A stretch of 62,571 nucleotides of DNA, counting the filler, from Choristocarpus tenellus KU-1152 (taxonomy: Eukaryota > Protista > Phaeophyceae): NCBI GenBank assembly GCA_964200185.2. It is 15 parts of 15 records of this genome, joined end to end, with 100 filler letters (N's around TTAATTAATTAA, not from the genome) between each part and the next. Parts side by side here need not be neighbours in the genome. Positions count along the whole stretch, not along the records: positions 39,237 to 42,930 come from CAXNAD020018464.1; positions 43,031 to 47,096 come from CAXNAD020016395.1; positions 47,197 to 53,321 come from CAXNAD020008882.1; 12 more parts are not named here. One strand, written 5' to 3'. Below are positions 39,137 to 51,053 of this stretch, in pieces. Both the position numbers and the translations under genes were made by a program. Positions within the stretch are counted from its first letter, which is position 1, and each line of letters begins with the position of its first letter. The notes under the pieces are model-generated. The model saw nothing but the letters and a program-made list of their open reading frames with translations. It did no database searches and was not told where the DNA came from.

Positions 39137-40275
39137 NNNNNNNNNNNNNNNNNNNNNNNNNNNNNNNNNNNNNNNNNNNNTTAATTAATTAANNNNNNNN
39201 NNNNNNNNNNNNNNNNNNNNNNNNNNNNNNNNNNNNGGGTGAAAAAAATAAGCGCCCCTTTCTCGGTTCTCGCCCAAAAAATGGACCCCCTGGTGTAGCC
39301 CCCCCCCCCCCCCCCTCCAGATACCTTGGTTCTCTATACACGATTCAGGTTGTGCCTTCATTTCCCTCAAGCTAGTCATCCTGTGCAAACAACCCAAACC
39401 TTTGCTGTCCCTCCTCGTTGTTGTGTCCACACCACTACTACTACTGGTGTAGAGTAACAATTAATTGGTGTTGCTTTGGATTGCAACAAAAAAACAGGAA
39501 ACTTACACACGATTGTGGACGGTAGATTCTTTATGGCATATACATTCATGTACTCCACCACCAGAACCTGTGCACCGAGACAGAGGAGTATTGGCATGAG
39601 CGAAACAGTTCCGAAGAGGAAAAGTCGATTACATCGCAACCCTAGCGATGAAACCTGGGATTTATAGTGCTGTCAAGACACCCTGGTGCTCGAAGCTCAA
39701 GAAATATAACCAACCGCCTATTATGATACTATAGTAATACGTCTTTCTCCTCCACTGAATCTAATACAAACCATGTAAGAAAATGCACCAATCAATGCAT
39801 AATTAGTTCCTTATTGCTGGGGGTTGATGATTTTAGGTGGGATTGCCTTAAGCTTCTATTTTTTTTCATGGGGTGGAGGAAAGAGTTGGTTATTCTTTCA
39901 TGATGTATTTCTTGTAGTAATAACGTCGGATCGACCCCAGCCAGCAACTTCCTCATTGCTTCCTTCGTCGCTTTGGTGACCACAAAAAAAAATATGCAGA
40001 CACCGATCGAACCCAACCTCGATCCTCCCCAAGTGGCACAAGTCACTAGTGTTGTCACCCCTCTCTCAGTTAGTTGTGTGTTGCAATACTTCCAATTCAA
40101 TGTCGTTTTAATCGAGTCGGTTATAACTGTTTCAAACTGGTTTTCCTTTATGTTTGTATTCAATCTCCTCCGGAGGACAAAATATATGCATGACTATAGA
40201 TAGTGGTTGTCCCACACTCCCAACCAACCTTAAGGATTGACCGCTTGGAAGCTCCTCTGGAGTCTCGGTGGGAGC

Positions 40276-42930
40276 ATGGCGGACAGCGTGCAGTACATGC
40301 TTGACCAAATGGTCCCAGACCTTAACGATTTTAGAAATCGAGGGATATTCTCGGAGGTGAAGGTCAAGGGCATATTGGCCACTTCTGTCCTGATGTCCTC
40401 CTTCCCAGTCTATTATCATGCCTGCCTGTTTTTTGGTGTGTTCACAGTGTTGAGAGGCATGCGACCATTCAGTTCTCCTCGTCGTACCCTAGCCTTTAAC
40501 TTAGTCCTTCAACTCGTGCACCTGGTGTACCTTCCACAAAGGCCAAAGTCCTGCAAATACCTCCAACTACCTACCAGGTGGAGATCAAGTCCATAGTAGC
40601 GAAGCGTCGAGATTTCGAGTACCTTTTGCGGCGGCCACATCTTCGAAAAATGGATTACCTCCGATATGCCGAGCATGAAATGAACTTGGAGGCTTTGCGC
40701 TCCCTGCGCACTAAGAGGATTGAAGGGGCACGTAGAAGGGCCAAAAGGAAGCCCCAGAGATCAGATTTCTCCATGGTATTGCTGATTCGCCGGATATTCG
40801 ATCGCGCAGTAATCAAGTTTCCTGGGGATGTCGACTTCTGGCTGCAGTACATTGACTTCACAGCGAAACAGGGCTCGAGCAAGGTGAGAGGGAGACCAAT
40901 ACTGGACTTTAGTAGGTGAGCACCTCCCTCTTGAATTCAAATGAGTAATTAATACCATTTGGCAATTGTACCAACCACAAGCACATTTCATCCTCCTGCA
41001 AGGTATTAGAACCCACCTGTGACTGCTCAGCTTGAACCCTTACTGGTGCTTGTGCTGCTGTAGATGCAGCAAATATTGACTCCTCTACCTTACCCCTACC
41101 TCGGTCAAAATCTTCTTTCTCCTCCAATCAACTTCATCTTCACTCTTCACCTTTGCCTATTGGATGCAGGTGCTAGGTCGACTGTTTGCACGCGCACTCC
41201 AGTTCCACCCTCGCAACGCAGGCCTCTGGATCAAAGCGGCTAGCTGGGAGTTCTTCGAGTGCAGCAATGCCAACACTGCTAGGGCCCTCCTGCAACGTGC
41301 TCTACGCATCAACCCGGGGGCCCGAAACCTCTGGCTCCAATACTTTCGCCTTGAGTTCCACTACGTGCAAAAGCTTATTGGCAGGAGGGATGTACTAGGT
41401 CTGACGCAGGATAAGGAGAAAGAGAGCAGGGCTGATGTGGCTGGGAATAAGGATAGTGGTGAGCACGACGAGCAAACTGGGAATGAGAAGGTGAGGGCGA
41501 GTGCAGAAAGCATGGATATTCCGCCAGTGGAAGGGGAGGAGGCTAAAGTAAATGGCAAGCAGAGTGCCGAAGATGGTCCGGACTTTGAAGTCATCCGCAG
41601 GACTACTCCAGAGGAAGGTGTCACCTCTCGTCCCGAGGCGGTCATGAACGATACTGCACGAAAATTTTACAAAGGGGCAGTGCCCTTGGCGGTCTTCAGG
41701 GCTGCAGCAGCGGCTGTGCCCTTGGATTCAGATTTCCTGGCAAGCTTCCTGCAGGTTTGTGTGACAGAGTTCCCAAATGTGGGAGATGATGTGGCCAAGG
41801 CGGTTCTCATGACCCTGGAAGAGGAGTTTCCAAGAAGCCCAGGGGCGTGGGAGCAGCGGGCCAAGTACCACTTGCTCCTTGATGAGGGTGGGCCTGAAGG
41901 GAGCAGCAGCAAGGGTCTGAGTGAGACAGGGGAGGGGGAGGCACTTGACAAGGCGGAGGAAGCGTGTATCGCTGTGTTTGAGCAGGCCGTGTTGGTGGTG
42001 GGTGATGACCCAGACATTTGGGTTCGTTATGTGTCATTCTTGCATGAAAGACTGGAATCTACAGGACACCCTAAGAAGGGAAAAAATGTAAATGACAACA
42101 ATATTGTAAAACAAAAAAGAGCGACAGAGATAGCTTTTCGGCTCAGGGAGGTCCTGACGAGAGCTCAGGACATGCTGAGAAACCAAGGTGAGGCTGCTGC
42201 TGGTGAGGGAGAAGGGGGGGAAAGAGGGGGTAAGGGGATGCCATCCGTGGGTCGGGGAGAGGAGGACGAGGAGGAAAGGAAAGAAAGGGAACGGGAAGGG
42301 ATCTCAGTGGGTCTGGCAGATGTGTGTATGGCACTTGGGCGTCCCGCTGAAGCCCTTAGGGCACTTGTGAGAGCAACAAAGGAGCTACCCTGTCGGCCGG
42401 GACTGTGGCTCCATCGAGCTGCGCTTGAAATACGGCTCAATGCCCTTGGACTCCACAGCGTGGATGGTGATGAACTGGATACAGGCGTAAAAGAAGCTGT
42501 ATTGCCTGGCGCGACAGCGAATTCTGGAGGCGGAGTTGGTGAGATTTTCATGGGAGAGGAAACTCTCCGTGAGGGACTGAAGGCTGTGCCTGCTTCGAAC
42601 CGTGGGTACCCAGAACTATGGAGGAGGCTGCTTGCAGGCCTTATGGCTCAAGGTGGTGGTGGGGGGAGACGGGGTGCTGTTATCAGGACCACGTTCCAGG
42701 CAGCAGTGGAGGCTTGCTCTCCAGCAGATGTGCGGCAGAGAGAGGCTCTGGGGGAGTTCCTTTCAGGGTACATACTGTGGGAAGGGGCGGTAGGAGGGGC
42801 TAGGGCTGCTCGGGATGTGCTGGCATGGGCTAAGAAGTCTTTTGTCCTGATGAGGGCTGGGGAAGTACCGGTGTTTGAGGTGGTGATTGAAATGGAGCGT
42901 TTGCTCCTGGATAATGAGGGGGTGGGGGTG
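40276..42930 (+). CDS. UTP6: U3 snoRNA-associated protein 6 (HAT-repeat SSU processome subunit). Exons 40276-40356, 40578-40883, 41170->42930; 3' end truncated by spacer.
   Basis: Spliced N-terminus MADSVQYMLDQMVPDLNDFRNRGIFSE|VEIKSIVAKRRDFEYLLRR...DYLRYAEHEMNLEALR matches the Utp6 N-terminal domain. It is followed by HAT repeats (FDRAVIKFPGDVDFWLQYIDF, ARALQFHPRNAGLWIKAASWEF, LQRALRINP..NLWLQYFRLE). Junctions are canonical GT-AG. Confidence 0.93.
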
Positions 42931-43613
42931 NNNNNNNNNNNNNNNNNNNNNNNNNNNNNNNNNNNNNNNNNNNNTTAATTAATTAANNNNNNNNNNNNNN
43001 NNNNNNNNNNNNNNNNNNNNNNNNNNNNNNTCCGGGGGTGAGGGGGTTCCATGGGGGGCCCTCCCCATCCTCCCCACAATGGTGGGCCAAATTTGGGGGG
43101 GGGGGGGGGGGTCTACACCAGGGTGTCCGTTCAGGACCTGACCAGGAGAAGTGAACTTACATTATCCATTCAACGCACGTAACTAAATCACAAAAAAATC
43201 GCGACATGGAAAAATATGGACATCCGCCACCCCCTCCGGATACTTTGAGTCATGTGAATAAGATTCAGTTATTTCAACATAGTTTAGTCTTGAATCCCAT
43301 GAGCAAGTTATCTCATCCAAGGGCGCATTTTGGGGGGTGGCAGTAAGTATAAGAGAACAATGGCAGAATATCCAACAAAAAGTCTGTTGTCACCAGACCA
43401 ATAAAAGAATGCGTGTGAGGACACATGTACGTGAACGTTAGAAGAATATGTTAATTCGAATATACCAAATGTAAAAAAAACTGTTGATTTAAACAACTTC
43501 GACCTCTCCAGCAAAACATGTTCTTGGAGGAATGTACCGGATTGGTGAAGGAGAGGGTTACTCACAATAGGAATGGCTTAGTTAGCTCCTGAAAGCCGTG
43601 TCTCTTGTCTGCA

Positions 43614-44457
43614 TTACGGTATTGTGGGATTTGTCCAGGACGAGGCCGCTGTAGGAGCGTCTTGTTTTGTACTATATCGTTCCATAAGAAGCTGGGTATT
43701 TCGCAACTCGCCATTCTCCCATTTAACCTCGTAGGGGTAGCTGACTGGCTCCTCTCCAGCTTTCACCGTGTAGTGGGGCTGGTACTTGGTTACGGTCCCT
43801 TGCATCCACCGATTGTCCCATCTGAAGTACAGTCCCCTGCCGTTGGCACTGACATAGAGTGTTTCTCCCTAATCTAAATCCGGCATAGCCCTTAGTGACG
43901 GTACGAGGAGGATATATTTCCCGGTATCCTTCTCTTTGTTCCTACGCCTTCTCCAGGCGGCGAACAACCGACGGGTGGCGTTGTCTGACACGCCAGGCTG
44001 CAGCATCATCACTGTCCCTCTTCTTCTTCTCCCGAAGTTGTTAGACTCCTTCCTCGATCTCATCCTCTGTCATGTACAACCTCAGTTCTGGGGGAAAAGA
44101 GGTTTCGCCATCGTCTGGAAGGTAGGACACAGAGTAGACGTGTGCCTCTGAATCGTCTACGCGAACGTCGCGGACCTTCCCCTGTACGATAGCCCCCCCA
44201 CTAATGCATAGGATGGAGCTGGTACCTCGGTCGAACCTGGCATCGGAAGTGTCCTCAAGTCTGAGCTGCCTTGAGAAGCGAGCAGGTATCCCACCGAGGG
44301 ATTGCCGGTTGGATTCTGAGGTGAACCTCTGGTATTGACCAGGGAGGATTGTGAATGTCTTGTCGAGGTCGTTGTGGTGAAGGTCTGTGAAGTGAGGGAT
44401 GATGACAGCCTGAAGGGGGACAACGCAGGGACCCTATTGTGCGTCCTACAACGCCAT
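43614..44457 (-). pseudogene. Decayed intronless gene with two Tudor-like (SH3-barrel) domains
   Basis: AIVQGKVRDVRVDDSEAHVYSVSYLPDDGE...MTEDEIEEGV (about 44050-44240) and GLYFRWDNRWMQGTVTKY...YEVKWENGE...LLMERY (about 43640-43860); several stops and a frameshift. Confidence 0.5.
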
Positions 44458-45152
44458 GAAGATATTCGTTGTTAGGGCTGGGTTGGTGTAGGCGACTGTT
44501 AACACGTTTGCGCAAGACGGCCTTATTGAGTTATATATGTGTTTGGGTTGCGAAGAACAGAGGACATTACACAACACAAATTTTGGAAGTGAAACTAAGG
44601 CACAGAAAATTATATATTAGTTCGACGATGGTTTTTAAAATTTCTGTCTCAAGTTTTCGAATGTGGTTGGAAAGTAACACAGCACACTCACTCAAACAAG
44701 GAAACGATACTTAGAACAATTGTATTTTTTATATATTAGGATTGGATATTATTATTGAAAGATTTGTACATCATCAACAAACATTTTTGGATATGATCTC
44801 GAAAAGCAAACACAGTGGATGGATATGAATAAAATACCGTTTCGAACAATAAAAAGTGTTTCTCACCTTGTCAATGACATCGAATAGTTGGCACTTCATC
44901 AACGAAGCTGGCACTCAACACCTCGAAGTCTTTAGTGACAAAGACCATCTCATCGCCAGCGCTGAACATCCCTCCGTAGCTGGAATGGTCCCTGGCGTTC
45001 CATTGAACCGTGTCCTTACGATGCACAGTGAACGCCAAGAACTCTAGCCCATTGCGCTCTGATAGCTGCGTTCGCACAACGTATATGTTCCCCGCCTCGA
45101 GCTGTCTCTTCTTCCTCAACAGTTGACTCCTCAGATACATATCAAGGTTTAG

Positions 45153-45544
45153 GTGACGCGGTCCAGGATGAAGACGGGGACCGTTCCGCTTGTGGTGATC
45201 ACCCCTGCGCCAGACCGCAATCGGTCCACTCCGGCGGTCCCAACCATTGTGGAAATAACGGGGGATTCCATGGAGGCGTGCGTGACAGAACTCCGATCAG
45301 CCACAAAACCAACATCTTCGCAGTACCGTGTCCAGACACAGATCATGGGACAGGTTATATACGACCATGGATTCAGACAAGTCAAAGTTGGCAAATCGGC
45401 CAAAAATATTGTCCAAGGGATCACTGCTACGTACTTGAGAAAATCCTCAATAAGCTGAGTGGTAATAATAGAGGTAAATCCAAGAGCACGTTGCGTCTGG
45501 AGGATGTCAAAGCCCTCCATGCAAAGAAAGCTGCGTATCCCTGA
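45153..45544 (+). pseudogene. Frameshifted histone-fold protein gene remnant
   Basis: Joining ORFs 45153-45458 and 45278-45544 at a 1-nt frameshift near 45434 gives IMGQVIYDHGFRQVKVGKSAKNIVQGITATYLEKILNKLSGNNRGKSKSTLRLEDVKAL. This resembles the histone fold helix1-L1-helix2-L2-helix3. Confidence 0.6.
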
Positions 45545-46321
45545 GCCTGGTCAAGTCAGAACTGTGGAATGAGTGGTATTCAGCGGTATTGAACCTATGG
45601 CACCGACTAAATGAGGATTACCCCAAACTTCTAGACTGGTGGGAGAAGGGTGAGGAGTGCCAATTCCAATACGCCCATCAATTGAAATAGAGCCCTACCA
45701 ATGGTCAGAAAGGTAACACAAGAAGAGAGGGGGAGAAGGAAAGATGGGCATGCGTATTCGAGAGCGCCAGTCAATTTGATCGTACCCAAATCATTGGTTG
45801 TTGAAGATTAATTGGAGTAATCTTTCATGTCAGTGTCCTCATGATTTCATATGTCCCACATGGCATAGGTGAATTTACGATGACGCAGAATAGCAGTAGG
45901 TTGTATGGGGTTTGTAGGGTAGAGTCGGGGTTGAAGGGGGGTGAAATGTATTTGTGGCGGGAGAAGAGAAGCTGAGTCAAAAGCAGAACAAATAAACAAA
46001 GCAAGCATGATGTAAGAAGGAGAGGGCTAAAGTAGGACAATCCGTGCGATGAGCTAGGTGGGTAGTTGGAGATCGTGCAAACGAACATTTGGTTGTGTGT
46101 GTGAGGTACGCGCAGGCCAGGTCCGTGACTGAAGATTCATACACACACGTCTATGGTGGGGCATGTCCATACTGACACAAAACATGCCCCCAGAGTGGTT
46201 GTGGTAGTGAATGGTAGAAGGCATTCCCCTTGAACTAGCCATCCAACGGTGAAAGATGTTGGCAAGAATATGGTCTCACTTTTATATACATCAAACAATA
46301 TCAGTGGAAGATTCTGTAATT

Positions 46322-46585
46322 GAGTCAACGTATCTTACAGGGAGAGCCGCGTTCGTTTGAGGGCCAAAATCCAATGTTGCGATTTTTTTAATGTAACTTT
46401 GGCTGTTGTGTTTGTTAGGAAGTGTCAACATCCTTGTTCTGGACACACCTTTTCATAATGTGTATACATTTGACCTACTCCAAAACATTTCGGAGTAGGA
46501 AAGATATGTCATAAAAAACTCATGGGAAGCCAATCCCCAAATGGATAAACAGGACAAAACTTGTACCCTCAATGTATTTTCACTT
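46322..46585 (-). mobile_element. MITE family A copy (diverged TIRs)
   Basis: Internal similarity to other copies; flanks AATT/ACTT. Confidence 0.85.
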
Positions 46586-47266
46586 ACTTTGTATAGTGGA
46601 AGAGAAGACATGCACTCACACCCAGCAACTTGGCGTAGCCCATTGACATATGCCGAATGGCGCAGTCATTTTTCGAAGAAACATCCCTCTCTATTGTTGG
46701 GGTCTGACGCGAGTGAACTGGGAAGAACACAAAGTATCAGGTCGAGGGCAAGAGCCTCCTTCCGCCAAATGGGGATTTGATTTCTCAGGTGATCCCGAAG
46801 GTCATGCAGCATTTGCTTGGAGTTGGCGTTGTGCTGTACTCTTATATTGCAGGTGAGCAATTATTAGACTGTCTTTTTTGCGAGATTCGGCGGCACTCCT
46901 AACGGTCATGGGACCCGAAACGAGACTCTCATCATCCAGATTTCCGACCAAAAGTGAGCCGCTTCCTTCAGGGAGAGCCTGAAACGTCTGGGTTGACAGA
47001 GGGAAAGGCAGGGCTGTTGAGGAGTCCCCATAATATCAGAAATATTTCATTTTATATGAGAAAGATTCTCCTTCAACTAATCACTAGTAAAAGGTTNNNN
47101 NNNNNNNNNNNNNNNNNNNNNNNNNNNNNNNNNNNNNNNNTTAATTAATTAANNNNNNNNNNNNNNNNNNNNNNNNNNNNNNNNNNNNNNNNNNNNATAC
47201 TCCTGACCAAACCCCTGAGCACATAACCTAGCCTTAGCCCCATTGAACATTCCAAAAGGGTCACTC

Positions 47267-47537
47267 TGTTGAAAAAGCTTGGCGCATGTCATGCTCGTCG
47301 CCGAAAGCTAGCAGTTGAATTACATGGTAAAGCACACACACTGAATTATATTAATTGCCTGTCAACCATCCATCGTCACTGACGTGTGGATGAATGTTGA
47401 CTTATTATATTTCATATACGTACGTACTTTTTATTTTTATTTTTATCATACCTAACCAATTATAAATGTACTTATAACCTATGTTATATACTTGTGTCAG
47501 CACAAATAACGTAAGGATAACACTAGGTTATTCGACA
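47267..47537 (-). repeat. Copia 3' LTR
   Basis: Direct repeat of 52740-52993 with several substitutions and indels; adjacent to the PPT. Confidence 0.95.
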
Positions 47538-49637
47538 TCCTCCCCTTGCTGAAAACAAGTATTAACTCTCAAACAATGACAACAATAACAAAAAAGAAAT
47601 AAAACACACATGTTGTGTCGTATGTTCATCAAAACTTCACATGTTGTCTAAAACCTCGAACTGGCAAATTCTTGGTCAAGACATCTACCCTCTGGTTTGC
47701 AGTAACAACAAAAACAACACGAATCTCTCCTTTTCTAGCAAATCCCTCAAAATATGATGCCGGACATCAATGTGCTTTGTTCTAGTAGAGCTTGTGGCAT
47801 TTCGTACTAGTTTGCATGCACCATCGTTATCCTCAAGCAAGTCAATGCAACGCCTAGGCAAGTGTGACTGAATAAACTCAAAAATACTTCTCAAGAAAAG
47901 TAATTCCTGTGCCACACTACTAAGTGCTATGTATTCACTCTCTGTGGAAGACAGAGCTACAACTCTTTGCACCTTTGACATCCAAGATATTGCTCCTCCT
48001 GCAAACATAATTGCTCCTCCAGTCACTGATCTACGATAATTCCAGTCTCCAGCATAACTAGCTTCAGCAGACACACTCAACTCACACTCAGTACCAAAAC
48101 CACCAAAACTCAATCCAACACTGGGACACGTATTTAAATATGCTAAAATACGTTTCACTGCACGCCAATGTGTGACGTTGGGATTGCTACTGTACTTGGC
48201 AACTTCACGAACTGCTTTTGCAATGTCAAGCCTAGTCATAACAGATGCCCACATCAAACTACCAACTGTCTCTCTGTACGGTGTATTTTCATCAACAGTT
48301 AAATGATTCTCACTCTTATCTAGAGTCCTTGAGAGATCATGGGGTACCGACCTCTTCTTTGCCTCATCCATACCAAATCTTTGACAAACACTCTTAATGT
48401 ACCTAGTCTGACTGATGGTGACAGTCTGTGCAGTTCTGTCACGTGAAATATCACAATCCATATAATCTCAAGATCACCAAAGTCTTCTATGGAAAACTGC
48501 TCTTTAATCCTAGAGTGAACCCAAATCAAAACATTCATTTTACCAGCTACTAAAATATCATCTACGTGGGGGGCTATCACAGCACAAATAACGCCATCTC
48601 TTACATAGCGTAACACATAAGGGTCTGCTTTGCATTGCTCAAAACAACACTTTTCCAAAACGTGCACCAACAGATTATTCAACTCTCTGCTTGCCTGTTT
48701 GGTGCCATAAAGAGCCTTGATCAAACGCACAATCTTTCCCGACCATATACCACAACCATCAGACAAACGTACAAAAAACCCTTCACTAATATCAGCTGGT
48801 ATGAAAGCTTGTTTTACATCCCAATGCTTTAACTCCCAATCTCTGTCTGCAGCTAAAGCTAATACCATTTTCAAAGACGCAGGGGACGGTGTTGGTGCAA
48901 AGGTATCTTGGTAATCTAAACCCTCAATCTGTCGAAAACCTTTTGCTACCAATCATGCCTTGTATCTAACTACCTCACCAAATTTGTTAGTCTTGCGCTA
49001 GTGAATCCATTTAGTGTCTATTGCTCTGCGTCTAGGGAGTAATACTGCCTCTACCCAAACATTGTTCAACAACAAACCAGACATCTCTTCAGCTCTAGCT
49101 CGATCCCATAAATCACATTCGGGAGAGCTACGTGCTGCTCTTTCAGTCTTGGGTTCTGGAGGGAGGTCATTCGCTAACACTCTAATAGAATCATCACTCG
49201 CACACATCACAAGGGTAGTCTCTATGGAAACAGACAAAAAAGTCATAAAAAAGTTGGACATGTCAAAAACAGCAGCTTTGGCGGAAGTAGGATGATTGCC
49301 TGATCTGGTGCTGTGGGGAAGGATGTTGTCTTCACCATTTCCAACGCTGAGTCGTCGTAATTCCCCTTCACATTGGCTGTCCTTGGCCTTATCCACCCCA
49401 TCATCATCACCATCATTGCTATCCTCAGTCTCCTTCACCTCGTTGTCATCATAAATGCTGTCCTCAATCTCCTCCACAAGTTCACCATTATCCCAGTTGT
49501 CTTCAGGTTCATCACCATTTTCTAGTCCACCTTCGATCCAGGTGATTCCATCATGATCATTACATTCACCCCCCATCTCCTGGGTTACTGCAGTCCTTCT
49601 GCGTGCATGTGGAGGGAGGATGTACCCTGGAGTGTCA

Positions 49638-49872
49638 GAGTGAAACTACATTAGAGGGTACGTATTTTTCCCTGTTTGTCCATTTGTGGGGCATGTCTTC
49701 CCATATTTTTTTTAATGAATTTTTCCGACTCCAAAATATTTCGGAGTAGGTAAAATGTATACGTTATGAAAGGTGTGCTAACAAACACGCTAGCCAAAAT
49801 TACATCGAAATCTCAACATTGTATTTTGACTCCCAAATGGACGCGGATCTACCCTCTAAGATAATTTGGATC
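49638..49872 (+). mobile_element. MITE family A copy nested in the copia element
   Basis: Interrupts the integrase-RT linker; both TIRs are recognisable. Confidence 0.88.
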
Positions 49873-50691
49873 TCATCCAAATCTTCTTGATCTCGGTCTA
49901 AATCAGAGATTGGAAAACGAGCTCTGCCATCCTTGGTGGGGTGCCAATGTATGTGGGATCTCTGAAGCACACGGTTAGTACTGAAGTCTAGTACACGGAA
50001 GGTGCCACGGGGTTGATTTTCAGATATACCAACCATGATGCACTGCTTCCCACGGCTCCCAAGCTTGTGTCCAGGAATGGACTTGTAGTATCCAGGGGTG
50101 CCAAAAGCTGGGACACCAGCTAGTGATCCAACTTCCCCATACAGTGTAAAGTAGGGGGAGGTCCCCTTATTTGCAACAGTTGAGCTTCCGCTGAGGATGT
50201 AGGCTGAGTGATTGTATGCTTCTCCCCACCACCACATTTATCCCCCAATCCCGCAGAATAAATGCTGGCCCTGGCACCACAATCCACTTGAGCAATGCGA
50301 CGTTCGGCAACACCATTATACTGAGGTTCCCCTGTCCTAGTCATTTCCTGCACCGCACCCATTTCCGTCACCAAATCCTGGAATTCCTCACTCTGTCACT
50401 CACCCCCCGGGTCATGTCGAATGTTGTGAATTCGCCGTCCACTGGGGATTACTTCAGCCCTGAACCATCGTCCAAGGGGGTTGGCAGCATTACTCTTCTT
50501 CTGAAGCAGTCGTATCCAAGTGAAGCGAGACGCATCATTGACAATTGCCAGGGCGTACTCAGCCCCACCGAGAGACTTGAATGTCTTGGGTCCTGTAAGG
50601 TCAATAAAGATGCGAGTGAAGGGTCCCCTAGCGCGTACACTGGTGGACTTGGGGACGTGATCTTTTATCCTAATCCCTTTAGCGCATCCTA

Positions 50692-51053
50692 TGTTGAAAC
50701 ACTAGTAAACCCCTGAGCTACCGAGCAGAAAGTCAGCTGACTTTCGATCCCACGAGAGTAGCGTTTGTTGAAAGGCTAAACACGCCGCCAGGATACACAT
50801 CCGTCAAAAGGCTAAACACGCCGCCAGGATACACATCCGTCAAAGGCTGTAACACGCCGCCAGGATACACAACCTCACCTAGTAAATACCCCGCCGAGCT
50901 TGTCACTGATTAGAGGGATAGCAACCCTCGGGCGAAACCTCAACAAGTCTAACAACTTGCGATCCCCGGGAGTAACTTTTGTTGAAACACTAGTAAACCC
51001 CTGAGCTACCGAGCAGGCAGTCGGTAGCTCAGGGGTTTACTAGTGTTTCAACA
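50692..51053. mobile_element. 362-bp non-autonomous TG...CA element nested in the copia integrase
   Basis: 5-bp TSD TCCTA (50687-50691, 51054-51058) and 33-bp terminal inverted repeats. Removing the insert plus one TSD restores the HHCC reading ...KCIGCAKG... in frame with the integrase core. Confidence 0.9.

Noticed and set aside
41361-42551. Several antisense ORFs over UTP6, and similar ones over copia and CRE
   Set aside because: Shadow frames of real coding sequence.
50771-50871. Three about 35-bp repeats as a mini-CRISPR
   Set aside because: Head-to-tail with no spacers; internal to a mobile insertion.
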